This document shows positions 35,067-44,219 of a stretch of 64,000 nucleotides of DNA, one piece after another (position 1 is the stretch's first letter; each line of letters begins with the position of its first letter). The notes under the pieces are model-generated. The model did no database searches. It worked only from the letters and a program-made list of their open reading frames with translations, and had not been told where the DNA came from. The position numbers and the translations under genes were made by a program. Source of the DNA: a virus; IMG/VR virus record IMGVR_UViG_3300042090_002148; one strand, written 5' to 3'.

Positions 35067-35508
35067 CTTCCACCTCCTCTAGCAACCGCGCCATCTTCTC
35101 GCTCTGGTACCTCTGGAAACGGACGAGAGCCGTCTTCTGGTCGATGCCCAGGTGATACGAGAGGAACTCCGCCGGGCGCGCGAAGACCTTGTCTCGGTCG
35201 GCCTTGAGCTCGAGAGGCGGCGTCTTGAGCATCCAGAAGGCACCGCGCAACGACTTGCAGACGTTGGCCCTGTAGATGGCCGCGCCGGCGCACTGGATGG
35301 AGAGCCCGCTGTCAGGGGGAGCCACGAGCGTGTGGCAGAGGATGGGAGCGTCGCTGTGCGCGAGGCTCGCCCACTCTTCAGCCGTCATGCTGCCCAGCCA
35401 GCCCGCGACCGCCACGCGCGTCCACGGGCAGTCGGAGCAGGGCTTCTTGTGCTGCTTGGTTGTGACGGTCGCTTCGTCGTCGGTGACTACCAGACGTCTC
35501 TTCGCCAT
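35056..35508 (-). CDS. Cys-rich protein (DUF6283-like)
   Basis: PCSDCPW...GWLG...CH...QCAGAAIYRANVCK. Confidence 0.55.
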   Translation of the reverse strand: MAKRRLVVTDDEATVTTKQHKKPCSDCPWTRVAVAGWLGSMTAEEWASLAHSDAPILCHTLVAPPDSGLSIQCAGAAIYRANVCKSLRGAFWMLKTPPLELKADRDKVFARPAEFLSYHLGIDQKTALVRFQRYQSEKMARLLEEVEDDD

Positions 35509-35615
35509 GCGCGGTACTTCCCCAAGGCGGTCTCATCGACCACCAGGATGTAGGTGAGCGCGCCCGCAGCAGCTCCTGCGAGGCACGCGATGGTGCGGGC
35601 TTGGTCTCGGGTCAT
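35487..35615 (-). CDS. Small membrane peptide
   Basis: 42 aa with TIACLAGAAAGALTYILVV; ATGA overlap. Confidence 0.4.
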   Translation of the reverse strand: MTRDQARTIACLAGAAAGALTYILVVDETALGKYRAWRRDVW

Positions 35616-35884
35616 CCTGTCTCCTTTGCCGCTGCCTCTTGGGCCTGCTTTACCAGGGCGCGGCGTTCGTCCTCGAGCACCTTCGGGTCGACGTCGCAGT
35701 ACTGCATGTAGAGCCACTCGATGTCGCGCTCGTAGATTCGGGCGTACTCGCCGTCCTCCAACCGCTGGCAAAGCATGACTCCCTTCTCCTCGAGGGCGTC
35801 GAGAAAAGCTGTGATGATGGCTTGATCTCCACGAGCTGCGGCCCAGCGCTCGCACATCGGTGTGGACAGCTCGGACTTGGCCAT
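35612..35884 (-). CDS. Hypothetical phage protein
   Basis: 90 aa, GGAGG RBS after the promoter at 35904. Confidence 0.65.
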   Translation of the reverse strand: MAKSELSTPMCERWAAARGDQAIITAFLDALEEKGVMLCQRLEDGEYARIYERDIEWLYMQYCDVDPKVLEDERRALVKQAQEAAAKETG

Positions 35885-35903
35885 GTGTAAAACCTCCATG
35901 ACC

Positions 35904-35963
35904 CTTGTCCCGGCTTTCGCACGAAACTGACGGCTAAGAAGAAGCCCACGTGGGGCTTCTCTC
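35904..35963 (-). promoter_or_regulatory. Terminator-TTAGC-promoter junction
   Basis: AGAAGCCC...GGGCTTCT hairpin, TTAGCC, then CAG-N14-CGGGACAAG. Confidence 0.7.
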
Positions 35964-35965
35964 TG

Positions 35966-36160
35966 TCATGCCTTCCTGAGCGTGAACCCGGAACGTCGCA
36001 GTTTCTCGTCCTCGTAGATGCGGGCCAGCGAGATCATGACCCGCCTGCCCGGCACGTTCTCGCAGACCGCCTTCGCATCGCCCACGGAGAGAACATTCAG
36101 CGTGCGCCCGGGGCAGCGCGGGTCGTTGTCGATGAGTGTGTCGCCTACTTCCACGGCCAT
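35966..36160 (-). CDS. Small SH3-like hypothetical protein
   Basis: 64 aa, VEVGDTLIDNDPR...GR. Confidence 0.55.
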   Translation of the reverse strand: MAVEVGDTLIDNDPRCPGRTLNVLSVGDAKAVCENVPGRRVMISLARIYEDEKLRRSGFTLRKA

Positions 36161-36384
36161 CAGTTGATCTCCGCCTCCGCTTTGTCCAGGGCGGCCTCGA
36201 GCTCTTTCGCGAAGCCGGGGCCTCGCGTCTTGAACGCCTCATCGAGCGCGTCGTTCATCGCCTTCGCCTCGGGGCCGCAGGTGCTACACCAGTAGATGTA
36301 CGCGCCCTCGGCGTCGGTGAAGTCCATCGTGTACTCGGGGTCAGCGAGTGCCCCACAGTCCTTGCACGTGTGTGGCTCGCTCAC
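36160..36384 (-). CDS. Small zinc-ribbon protein
   Basis: CKDCG...WCSTC. Confidence 0.6.
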   Translation of the reverse strand: MSEPHTCKDCGALADPEYTMDFTDAEGAYIYWCSTCGPEAKAMNDALDEAFKTRGPGFAKELEAALDKAEAEIN

Positions 36385-36590
36385 CGGATGAACTTCGTCT
36401 CGCCGACGATGTTGTGGACGGTCCCGTCAAAGACAGTGCCCTTGGGCATGAGGTGGCAGTTGTCCCGGTCGAAGATGCCCGCCTTTGCGAGCTCCTCGTT
36501 CTGCTTCTCGGGGCCGAAGATGTCCTCTGCCGTCTCGCCTGCCTTGAGCCGCTCCGTGATGGAGGGCGCCTTCCTACGCTTCTTTCCCAC
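36381..36590 (-). CDS. Hypothetical protein
   Basis: 69 aa, coupled to neighbours. Confidence 0.5.
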   Translation of the reverse strand: MGKKRRKAPSITERLKAGETAEDIFGPEKQNEELAKAGIFDRDNCHLMPKGTVFDGTVHNIVGETKFIR

Positions 36591-37005
36591 CAGCTGCCCC
36601 CTCTTCCTGCTTCTTCTTGAGGAGCTTCGCAGCTTCCTCCTCGGCGCTCTTCAGCACGGCCTCGACGATGTTGAAGGCCTGGGCTGCGGCCATGACCCCC
36701 ATCATCGCCACGCGCTTGCGGTCTCCCAGGAGACGGTGGAGCGTGACGAGGCACATGCCCCACTTCTCCGAGATGATGCGGAGCGTCTTGTTCTCTTCCT
36801 GGAGGTCCGCGATGATCTTCCGAAGCGAGTCGACAGTCTCCTCCGGCGAAGGCACCCACACGTCGGAGTGAGGCGGAGACGGCAGGGTCTCCATGTCCTT
36901 GCGTGTGGGTGCCTCGCGGATCTCGAGGGCCTTCTTTGCAAGCTCGGCTCGCTCCTCGAAGTCCTCCGGTGTCATCACGGCCTTCGGTTCTTCATCACCC
37001 GGCAT
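36574..37005 (-). CDS. Hypothetical protein
   Basis: 143 aa, GGAGG RBS. Confidence 0.55.
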   Translation of the reverse strand: MPGDEEPKAVMTPEDFEERAELAKKALEIREAPTRKDMETLPSPPHSDVWVPSPEETVDSLRKIIADLQEENKTLRIISEKWGMCLVTLHRLLGDRKRVAMMGVMAAAQAFNIVEAVLKSAEEEAAKLLKKKQEEGAAGGKEA

Positions 37006-37307
37006 CACGCTCCTCCGTTCCGCTTCCTGTAGTCCTCGTCCTCTGCGATGAGGGTCTGCAGCCGCTTCGCACCATAGCGCGCCTCGATGAGCTTGAAACA
37101 CTCTTCGAGCGTGACGGTCACAGCTTCGGGGCCACAGAAGTCCGCCGGCACCGTGAACACCTTGGCGGTCTTGTCGTACTCGACGACTTCGAGCATGCGC
37201 CAGAACGGCCTTCGACCGTTGTCGAGCCTTCCCTCATCGACGAGAGTGTCCCAGTACGCCATGAGAGCCTGGCGCACCAGATGGTAGGCGCTGAGGCCCG
37301 TGATCAC
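37005..37307 (-). CDS. Hypothetical protein
   Basis: 100 aa, GTGA overlap. Confidence 0.55.
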   Translation of the reverse strand: MITGLSAYHLVRQALMAYWDTLVDEGRLDNGRRPFWRMLEVVEYDKTAKVFTVPADFCGPEAVTVTLEECFKLIEARYGAKRLQTLIAEDEDYRKRNGGA

Positions 37308-37510
37308 CTTGTCTTCTCCTTGGTGACTCTTGCGAATCCGACTCTGTTCCCGTTGATGTCGCGCAGGTTCGTCTCCTCGAAGACGCGGATGCCCGGGTCC
37401 GCGCAAACGATGCCGAGGACCTGCTCTTTGAAGATGCGGTGCACCTCCGTCCGCTTCCTACCTGCGGTGAAGGCGTCGTTGTCCATCTCGATCTCGATGA
37501 TGAGCTTCAT
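37304..37510 (-). CDS. Small conserved phage protein
   Basis: KLIIEIEMDNDAF...EVHRI...LRDINGNRVG. Confidence 0.65.
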   Translation of the reverse strand: MKLIIEIEMDNDAFTAGRKRTEVHRIFKEQVLGIVCADPGIRVFEETNLRDINGNRVGFARVTKEKTR

Positions 37511-37935
37511 CCGTGCCTCCTTGAGGGACGTCCCTTTGTTCCGAGCAGGTCCTTGCACGACGCCTCAAGCTGGTCGAGAAGCACGCGCATGTACTCGCTC
37601 TCTTCACCCACGCGCAGCAGAGCTGCAGCCACGGCCTTCTCGGGCGTTGTGCCCTCCACGACGAAGCGCTCCGCATAGACCCTAAACAGCCTCTTGCCGT
37701 GCTGATGCAGGTCAAGCAAACCGGTACTGTCCATGACGGACCAGTACCAGGTGCCGTTCTCCCAGGTACGCACCTTCCAGCCCTTCCCGAGGCGCTTCGC
37801 GAGCGCCCAGCCCTCCTTGACGGCCTGCTGATAGGCCGCCCACGTGCAACCGAACCCACACCCTAGCGAACAGTACTTCGTCCCTCGACGCCGCGGCTTC
37901 CGGCGGTCCAACTCCTTCTTCTTCTTGGCAGCCAT
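37507..37935 (-). CDS. Hypothetical protein
   Basis: 142 aa, GGAGG RBS after the promoter at 37953. Confidence 0.6.
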   Translation of the reverse strand: MAAKKKKELDRRKPRRRGTKYCSLGCGFGCTWAAYQQAVKEGWALAKRLGKGWKVRTWENGTWYWSVMDSTGLLDLHQHGKRLFRVYAERFVVEGTTPEKAVAAALLRVGEESEYMRVLLDQLEASCKDLLGTKGRPSRRHG

Positions 37936-37952
37936 GTTGTTCCTCCGCGGTC

Positions 37953-38013
37953 CTTGTCCCGCGTTTCAGAGGAGATTGGCTAAGCAAAAGAACAAGGCCC
38001 GCCGAAGCGGGCC
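37953..38013 (-). promoter_or_regulatory. Terminator-TTAGC-promoter junction
   Basis: GGCCCGC-ttcg-GCGGGCC hairpin, TTAGCC, then CAA-N14-CGGGACAAG. Confidence 0.75.
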
Positions 38014-38018
38014 ACGCT

Positions 38019-38471
38019 CTACTTCTTCAGCAGGAGATCCCAGCTGACCTCGTCCGTGCGCACACCGCGGTCGATGCGCTCAAGAATGCTGTAGAAGCTC
38101 ACTCCGCGCTCAGTGATGACGAGCTGTTCGCAATCAGCGCTCTCGGCGCAGTGATTGAAGTCCACACCCTTGGCGTCCCCGGGTAGCACTCGTGCATCGG
38201 GCACGCGAAGAAAGCCCTCGGTCTCGAACTCCTGGATCTCCACCTCCGTGAGGAAGTCCTCGAAGTCCACATCACCGTCCTCGTAGAAGTAGGCCGGATG
38301 CGACCAGAACCACATCTCGTAGATCTGGTCGCTCCTGCTCTTCACCATCTGGAAGAGCTCTCTCTTCTCGAGGAGCTCTTTGACATCTGCGTCGTCGAGA
38401 ACAACCCAGGCCCAACCAGCCCACGCGTCATCGTCGAACTCCTGTTGCATCGCTCGAATCATGGACCTCAT
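38019..38471 (-). CDS. Acidic hypothetical protein
   Basis: 150 aa. Confidence 0.6.
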   Translation of the reverse strand: MRSMIRAMQQEFDDDAWAGWAWVVLDDADVKELLEKRELFQMVKSRSDQIYEMWFWSHPAYFYEDGDVDFEDFLTEVEIQEFETEGFLRVPDARVLPGDAKGVDFNHCAESADCEQLVITERGVSFYSILERIDRGVRTDEVSWDLLLKK

Positions 38472-38659
38472 GTGCTCACCACTCCTTTACTCCTGCAGTC
38501 CTCGCACTTCATCCTGTCCGTACCTCCGGCGTGAGACTCCTCTACACGTCCAGTCCCTCCGCAACGCCTGCACTTCTTGGTCGTGAGAGTCGCGACCTTC
38601 TTCGTCAGGGCCGCAACCTGCTTCTCGAGCGCTGTAATCCGCTCTCCGTCCGACGTCAT
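38468..38659 (-). CDS. Small protein with CxxCxGxG zinc motif
   Basis: CRRCGGTG...CEDCRSKG. Confidence 0.6.
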   Translation of the reverse strand: MTSDGERITALEKQVAALTKKVATLTTKKCRRCGGTGRVEESHAGGTDRMKCEDCRSKGVVST

Positions 38660-38687
38660 GCACTCACCTCGTAGATGATGTCGCCGC

Positions 38688-39095
38688 TCATTCCCGTACG
38701 CCTATAAGCCTGAGCGTCATCGCCTCCTGTTCCGTGAGAACTTGACGAAACTCCTGCATGCCAACGTCCTCCTTCTCGACGATCTTCCGGATGAGTGCAT
38801 GTGAGCCTATATGCGGTTCCAGATGCAAAAGCGCGGCAGCGAAGCCCTTGTAGTACTCGCTCTGGTACTCATCGAGTCTGACCCCACCTCGATGGCGAGC
38901 TCGATTGCGCGCTTCCTTGTTCTTGATGCGCGCATCACGAGCAGCCTGCCTTTGGTTGTCCGCGGCGAACCGTCCGCAGTTAGGACAACGCTTCGGATAC
39001 TTCTGTCCTGGCTTCTTGTCTGGCTCGATGCTCTCGAAAGAACAACCGAGACACACAACTGTCTGTGCATCTTCGAGCTGGCTACGCTGACCCAT
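38688..39095 (-). CDS. Zinc-ribbon protein
   Basis: CLGC...CPNCG; 135 aa. Confidence 0.55.
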   Translation of the reverse strand: MGQRSQLEDAQTVVCLGCSFESIEPDKKPGQKYPKRCPNCGRFAADNQRQAARDARIKNKEARNRARHRGGVRLDEYQSEYYKGFAAALLHLEPHIGSHALIRKIVEKEDVGMQEFRQVLTEQEAMTLRLIGVRE

Positions 39096-39523
39096 CAGCC
39101 TGTCTTCCTTCCAAGCTGCCTCATCGAGTGGGCGTCCTGTTGGTAGTGATGTACCTGATCTCGCGGATGGTTGCGTTGAGTTCGCTGTCGTACTCCTTCT
39201 TCAAGGCATGCTCCACAGCAGGAACAACCTCGAAGGCAAAGCGCAGCTCAAGCCGCGCGTCTTCCATGCTGTTTGCGTAGCAGCGTCGCCAGTTCAGTGC
39301 TCTATGCAGTAGCTGACGCACCTGCTCGGCAGAGAGTGGGCCCAGCCCGTCGCCTCTCCGCACAACCCCGCCGATCTCTTTGTAGGTCAGGCCGCGGCTG
39401 AACAACCGCAGGGCCAGATCGAGGTCATCCTTGGTGCGCTCGTTGTGGTGGCGGTATTCATCACTCCTCGCCATCAACGCCCTCATCTCTGGGCTGCGCA
39501 TCAGCCCGTCTTCCTTCCAAGCT
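39093..39523. repeat. 25-bp direct repeat (24/25 identical) flanking one gene
   Basis: catcagcc(t/c)gtcttccttccaagct at 39093-39117 and 39499-39523; each copy contains the RBS and ATG of a gene. Confidence 0.8.
39121..39501 (-). CDS. Stand-alone sigma-70 region 4-like HTH protein
   Basis: RLFSRGLTYKEIG...LSAEQVRQLLHRAL. Confidence 0.55.
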   Translation of the reverse strand: MRSPEMRALMARSDEYRHHNERTKDDLDLALRLFSRGLTYKEIGGVVRRGDGLGPLSAEQVRQLLHRALNWRRCYANSMEDARLELRFAFEVVPAVEHALKKEYDSELNATIREIRYITTNRTPTR

Positions 39524-39746
39524 TCGCCACCGGGAAGCGCACGTTCATGGTCTTCACGACCTTCTCGAACTGTTCGGGCGTGAGCTCGAAGAGCTGCATC
39601 TGGCCCACTGGTGCGGTGAGCCAGGACTCGGTGTTGAAGTGGCCGACCTTCGAGTAGTCGTCCGTGTACATCGCCTGAACGATCGCGCACATAGGGCGAA
39701 GCTCGGTCATGTCGAAAACAAGACGCACCGGGGTAGAGACGAGCAT
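39501..39746 (-). CDS. Hypothetical protein
   Basis: 81 aa, GGAGG RBS after the promoter at 39764. Confidence 0.6.
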   Translation of the reverse strand: MLVSTPVRLVFDMTELRPMCAIVQAMYTDDYSKVGHFNTESWLTAPVGQMQLFELTPEQFEKVVKTMNVRFPVAKLGRKTG

Positions 39747-39763
39747 GTGAAACCTCCACAACC

Positions 39764-39821
39764 CTTATCTCTGAAGAGCAGGCGAAGTTGAGGGGCTAAG
39801 AAGAAGCCCGAAGGCTTCTCT
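39764..39821 (-). promoter_or_regulatory. Terminator-TTAGC-promoter junction
   Basis: AGAAGCC-ttcg-GGCTTCT hairpin, TTAGCC, then CAA-N15-AGAGATAAG. Confidence 0.7.
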
Positions 39822-39823
39822 CG

Positions 39824-40231
39824 TTATCGCTTTCTGATAACAGCCTGCGCCGGCACTCCGGTAGGGAAGGTGCGCATGCGCGTCTCCGCTGGGCGCCATT
39901 CCTCGGAAACAACCACCACAGGAGCGGCCTGCCCACGATCTCGGAAGAGAAGAGGGCTGCGCTCACGCCGCATCTTTTGGTTGCAATCGGCGTGTAACAG
40001 AATGGGCCCTTCTACACCCTCCACGCGCGTGAGCTTGCCGTCTAGGCCGCAATACGTACATATCAATGGCCTTTCCTTCCACCCGACTTTCTTGAGGTAC
40101 GCTGCTGCTCCCCGGAGACCGCCGTGCTCATGAAACAACTTGATGACGGACTTACGGCTGAGTGTTTTGTCCAAATCGAAGCGCCACGTCAATTCGTCAA
40201 TCAACTGTTTTTCGGCCCTCGGATAACTCAT
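39824..40231 (-). CDS. Hypothetical protein with CxxC...H..C motif
   Basis: 135 aa, lower GC3, GGAGG RBS after the promoter at 40250. Confidence 0.55.
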   Translation of the reverse strand: MSYPRAEKQLIDELTWRFDLDKTLSRKSVIKLFHEHGGLRGAAAYLKKVGWKERPLICTYCGLDGKLTRVEGVEGPILLHADCNQKMRRERSPLLFRDRGQAAPVVVVSEEWRPAETRMRTFPTGVPAQAVIRKR

Positions 40232-40249
40232 GTGAACACCTCCGCTATC

Positions 40250-40276
40250 CTTGTCTCTGGATGGCGAAGGAAGTTG
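40250..40276 (-). promoter_or_regulatory. Bipartite phage promoter motif
   Basis: CAA-N15-AGAGACAAG upstream of GGAGG and ATG at 40231. Confidence 0.65.
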
Positions 40277-40280
40277 AGAA

Positions 40281-40478
40281 CTAGTTCGGCGCGTCTGTCT
40301 CTTCTACCTCGAGCACGTTGTCTTCGAAGTCGCCGTAGAGCATGAACTCCTCGCCGCACATGGGGCACGAGAACAAGAGGGTGAGCTTGCCTGTCGCGTT
40401 GCCGTTCTCCGTCTCGGCGTGAAGGTCTTGGGGCGGCTTCCAGCCACACGTGCAGACCAGCTGCTCTTCCTCAGACAT
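40281..40478 (-). CDS. Small zinc-ribbon protein
   Basis: CTCG...CPMCG. Confidence 0.55.
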   Translation of the reverse strand: MSEEEQLVCTCGWKPPQDLHAETENGNATGKLTLLFSCPMCGEEFMLYGDFEDNVLEVEETDAPN

Positions 40479-40800
40479 GATCAGCGGCTACTGCCGGATG
40501 CCACGTCTCATCGACGCTCTTCATCACGGGATGCTCAGGAGACTGTGTGTACGTCACCTTGAGCTCGAGGACTGAGACTCCCGTAGGAAGCATGCGGCAC
40601 TCATCTGCGGCCGTGCCTTCTTCTCCTCGGAACTCTCGCTTGTAGTCGCGACGCACACTGAATGACGCCTCAAGTTTCGCTTCAGGTTCTTCACTCATCT
40701 GGATGTCGTGCGTCCTGCCGTCGCGGTACGTGATGCGCACCTCTACCTTTGTGATGGGCTCGGTCTCGAAGGTCTCTACCTTATGCGTCGCATCGGCCAT
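40471..40800 (-). CDS. Hypothetical protein
   Basis: 109 aa. Confidence 0.55.
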   Translation of the reverse strand: MADATHKVETFETEPITKVEVRITYRDGRTHDIQMSEEPEAKLEASFSVRRDYKREFRGEEGTAADECRMLPTGVSVLELKVTYTQSPEHPVMKSVDETWHPAVAADHV

Positions 40801-40814
40801 GTCGTTCTTCTACG

Positions 40815-43800
40815 TCACGAGCCCTGGTTGTTCAAGTAGGACGTGGGCTGGCCGTATGTGCCGGGCACTTCGGGCTGTGCGCCTCCCAACGTCTCGTTGG
40901 CGAGATTCGCGGGGTACTCGGGGTCAGCCGAGACCGAGGTGCTCTGGATGACACCGTTCTGTTGCTCGGGACGGTTCACCTTGCTCACAGGCAGATCCTG
41001 CATCGCCACCGCACGTGTGGCCTCCTGCATGGCCCCTGAGTAGCTCGCGCCGTCCATGGTGAGGCCGAAGAAGGTCACGAAGTCCCCGGAGAGGAGGATG
41101 TCGACGGCTCGGTCGCTGCCCTGGTTCGTGTAGCTCGTGATGAGGGTGTCGATAACGGTCACGGGCTCGACGTCGTAGTCGGCCAGCGTGGTGTCGATGG
41201 CCTGCGAAGGCGGCAGGTTCATCGCCGTGGCTTGCGCTCCCTGTAGGAAGGACCAGAGCTCGTTCACCGCAGCCGTCGCAGCACCTACCTGAGCCACCGT
41301 CGGGTTGTCGCTGGTGAGCAGCGGGTTGATGACCGCGTTCATGTTCGTGAAGTAGAGCGGCTGCTGCGTGGTGCCGTTGAGCCACGACTGCATGAGGCCC
41401 TGCACGAGGGTGTAGTCGTTGACGATGCCCACACGCAGCCGAGCGAAGGGTACGGGCTGAGGGGTGAACGTCCAGGTTGTTCCATCGACGATGTCCGGGG
41501 AGATCTCGATGACGTTGATGCCTGCGATGACCTGCTCGATGTCGTAGCTCACCGTCGGGCTGTTGTACTGCGTGGCGTACACCTCCATGATGTCGCCCGA
41601 GTTGAGTCCGTTCGGGATGGCAGGGAGCTGGAACCACGGCGTTGTTCCGAGCTGCGTGACCGAGGGGAAGAAGGCAGCGACGTTGTCTAGTGGTCCGCCG
41701 ATTGTCCCACTCGCCACGATGACGTCGCCCATCGTGAGCGCGTGGTTCGTAGCCATGGGATCGCCGTTGATGCTCTGGACGATGTAGCAAGCAGAGGAAC
41801 CCGAGCTCGTGTTCTGCGTGTCGAGCGTGTAGCCCACCGAGATATTGCCTGCGTCAACGATGACGGTGACCGTCCACGTGAGGGTTGTACCCAAGAACGA
41901 GGATGTACCCTGAACGATGCCGTGCAGGGTGGCTGCCTCGCTGAAGAACAACGGCGCAGCGTTGCCGCCCACGAAGACCTTCGAGGCTGTCGTTGTGTTG
42001 AGCGAGGCAAGCGTGAGGGAGCGCTTGCCGTGGCTGATGGTGAAGGTCGAGGGCAGGGAGCCTGCCGCCGGCGACGAGAGAGCGGACTGCAGCGAGACGT
42101 CGAGAGGCGTGAAGCCTGTGCCGCCTTGGCTCGCCACGAGGTAGAGCCCCTGGTTGATGTTCGGCCCTTGCACCGTGATGCAGTCGTACTTCGAGAGCGT
42201 GAGCGTGGGCCCGAACTGGACGCTCACGTTCGTGGCAGAGCCTGCGCCCACAGGCGAGCCCGCACCGAGGACGCCCAGAACAACATCACCCACCGCGAGC
42301 GTGTGCCCTGTCACATCGCTCTGTCCGTTGATCTCGGAGATGACGTAGTAGCTCGCTGGCGTCGGGCCGCTACGTACTGCCATCGTGTCCCCGGTACTGA
42401 TCATCCCGCCGGTCACGAGCCCAGTCACCGTGTACGTGAGGTCGGTGCCTGGGCCCACGAACATCTGGCTGCCCGAAGCCTCGGCCTCCGTGATGACCAA
42501 CGTCGTCGAGCTCGTCGTGCTCCCCTGTGCCGAGCCCACGTAGAGCGAGGAGATGTACGTGCCAGCCTCTACGAGCGAGGTGTTCGCGTTGATGTAGCTT
42601 GCTACGACATCGGGCGTCGTGGGCGAGCAGCTCATCGTCATGCCCGAAGTGAGGCCGAGCATCTGGAGGCAGCCCGTGCTCGCGACGTCATCTGCGTACA
42701 CCGTGATGCTCGTTCCGGCTGTAATCTGCTCGTTCGGGTTGACGCAGATGATTTTGAGCTTGCGGTTGACCGGACCAATCTGAACGGCCACCGTGCTCGA
42801 GATGGGGCCTGCGGTCGTTGTAGTGACGAACGCGCCTCCTGGGTCCACGGTCGCGATGATGTAGAAGCTCCCTGCGCACTCGATCGTGTCGCCTGGGCTC
42901 ACGTTGAGTGTGAAGAGGTTCGCGATGTACGCAGGCGGTGAACCGTAGGAGGGCACGGTCCAGGTTGTTCCCGCACCGTCGGTGATGAGCTTGCCGCTGT
43001 ACTTGAGCGGCGAGTAGTAGCCCTGGGCCTGCACCTGTCCGGTGGGGATGACGGCGTTGATGTCCGCTGCCACCTGGTCTGCTGTGCGTGCGGTCACCGC
43101 GAAGGGACCGGTCGTGTACGGGCTCAGCGTGAGCGGGCACACATAGGCGGTCGTGTTGATCTTCATCTTGAAGGTGTTGTTCTGCGGGATGCCCGTGACA
43201 GAACCGTCGCCCACGAAGAAGTTCAGGTCGCTCCCTTGCCCATCGAGCTCGGCGATGACCGAGGGCGGCAGCGTGATGGGGACGGTCGTCTCTCCCTCGA
43301 GCACGAGCAGAAGAAGGTCGAAGAGGCCCGTGATGATGGCCATCGCCCCGGTCTGGTCCCCCACGGCCACCGCAGGCGTCGCCAGATGCTGAGCGTCGCT
43401 GTACGGCATGCCGACCCCAGCCAGCGTGTAGTAGTCGCTCGGCTGGTTGAGCGTGCCGAACGTGTCGACCGCGGTCTTCGAGGCGATGAGGTTCAGAACA
43501 ACCTGCCGCACCTCGGTCAAACGGTCGGTGGGGCTCAAGCTGTTGAGCAGCGTCGCAGAAGAACCGATGAGCGAAGCCGCGCTCGAGAGCACACTCTCAG
43601 ACACGATGGCCGGTAGGCTGATGCTGTTGTAGTTCGTCACGCCGTTCACGATGAGCGTGATGGAGGCCACGAGCGCCGTGTGCGCTGCCTGGAGCTGCTT
43701 CATGAGCCCTGGGATGGCGGCCTTCGCCTGCTGAGGCGTCTGCACGATCTGCCCGTTGCTCTTCACGTTCTGACCCGGCCCGCTCAGGAACGAGGAGACG

Positions 43801-44219
43801 TTGGCGGCGAACTGCTGGTAGGCGGGGGCGTTCGAGACCTTGCCGATGGCACTTGTCCTATTGGCTGCAGCCGCCGCGAGGTTCTGAAGAGCGGCCTGCG
43901 CGTTGAACAACGGGGACACGTCCGAGACCGGCGTGACCTTCATCCCCGTGGCCGCGATGGCAGCCAGAAGTTGCTGGATGATGACGGCTTCGGCGGTCAC
44001 CTGATCGCGGATGCGCTGCACCCCCAACCAGAGCACGTAGAAGGGTGCGTTGGGGTACAGGACGAACAACCCAGCCGCTGTCTGCTGGAACTGGTTGAAC
44101 GTGAGGTCGGATCGTCTAACCCCGAGCGTATCAATTGGGGTGGTGATGCTCGAAAGGACGAGCTGCTGGACGACGGCGTTGATCTCGTCCGAGGTGTATC
44201 CGGTCGTAGGCTGGGTCAT
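40815..44219 (-). CDS. Large virion-like (tail/baseplate-associated) protein
   Basis: 1134 aa, T/S/G/V-rich and Lys-poor like the 1-14 kb structural genes; internal repeat INGQSDVTGHTLAVGDVV / INGDPMATNHALTMGDVI. Confidence 0.65.
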   Translation of the reverse strand: MTQPTTGYTSDEINAVVQQLVLSSITTPIDTLGVRRSDLTFNQFQQTAAGLFVLYPNAPFYVLWLGVQRIRDQVTAEAVIIQQLLAAIAATGMKVTPVSDVSPLFNAQAALQNLAAAAANRTSAIGKVSNAPAYQQFAANVSSFLSGPGQNVKSNGQIVQTPQQAKAAIPGLMKQLQAAHTALVASITLIVNGVTNYNSISLPAIVSESVLSSAASLIGSSATLLNSLSPTDRLTEVRQVVLNLIASKTAVDTFGTLNQPSDYYTLAGVGMPYSDAQHLATPAVAVGDQTGAMAIITGLFDLLLLVLEGETTVPITLPPSVIAELDGQGSDLNFFVGDGSVTGIPQNNTFKMKINTTAYVCPLTLSPYTTGPFAVTARTADQVAADINAVIPTGQVQAQGYYSPLKYSGKLITDGAGTTWTVPSYGSPPAYIANLFTLNVSPGDTIECAGSFYIIATVDPGGAFVTTTTAGPISSTVAVQIGPVNRKLKIICVNPNEQITAGTSITVYADDVASTGCLQMLGLTSGMTMSCSPTTPDVVASYINANTSLVEAGTYISSLYVGSAQGSTTSSTTLVITEAEASGSQMFVGPGTDLTYTVTGLVTGGMISTGDTMAVRSGPTPASYYVISEINGQSDVTGHTLAVGDVVLGVLGAGSPVGAGSATNVSVQFGPTLTLSKYDCITVQGPNINQGLYLVASQGGTGFTPLDVSLQSALSSPAAGSLPSTFTISHGKRSLTLASLNTTTASKVFVGGNAAPLFFSEAATLHGIVQGTSSFLGTTLTWTVTVIVDAGNISVGYTLDTQNTSSGSSACYIVQSINGDPMATNHALTMGDVIVASGTIGGPLDNVAAFFPSVTQLGTTPWFQLPAIPNGLNSGDIMEVYATQYNSPTVSYDIEQVIAGINVIEISPDIVDGTTWTFTPQPVPFARLRVGIVNDYTLVQGLMQSWLNGTTQQPLYFTNMNAVINPLLTSDNPTVAQVGAATAAVNELWSFLQGAQATAMNLPPSQAIDTTLADYDVEPVTVIDTLITSYTNQGSDRAVDILLSGDFVTFFGLTMDGASYSGAMQEATRAVAMQDLPVSKVNRPEQQNGVIQSTSVSADPEYPANLANETLGGAQPEVPGTYGQPTSYLNNQGS

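Noticed and set aside
37535-37543. Promoter-like CGGAACAAA; similar partial hits at 19160, 27269, 46459 and 61779
   Set aside because: They lack CAA at the 14-15 nt spacing, and most lie inside coding sequence, so they are not counted among the 13 sites.
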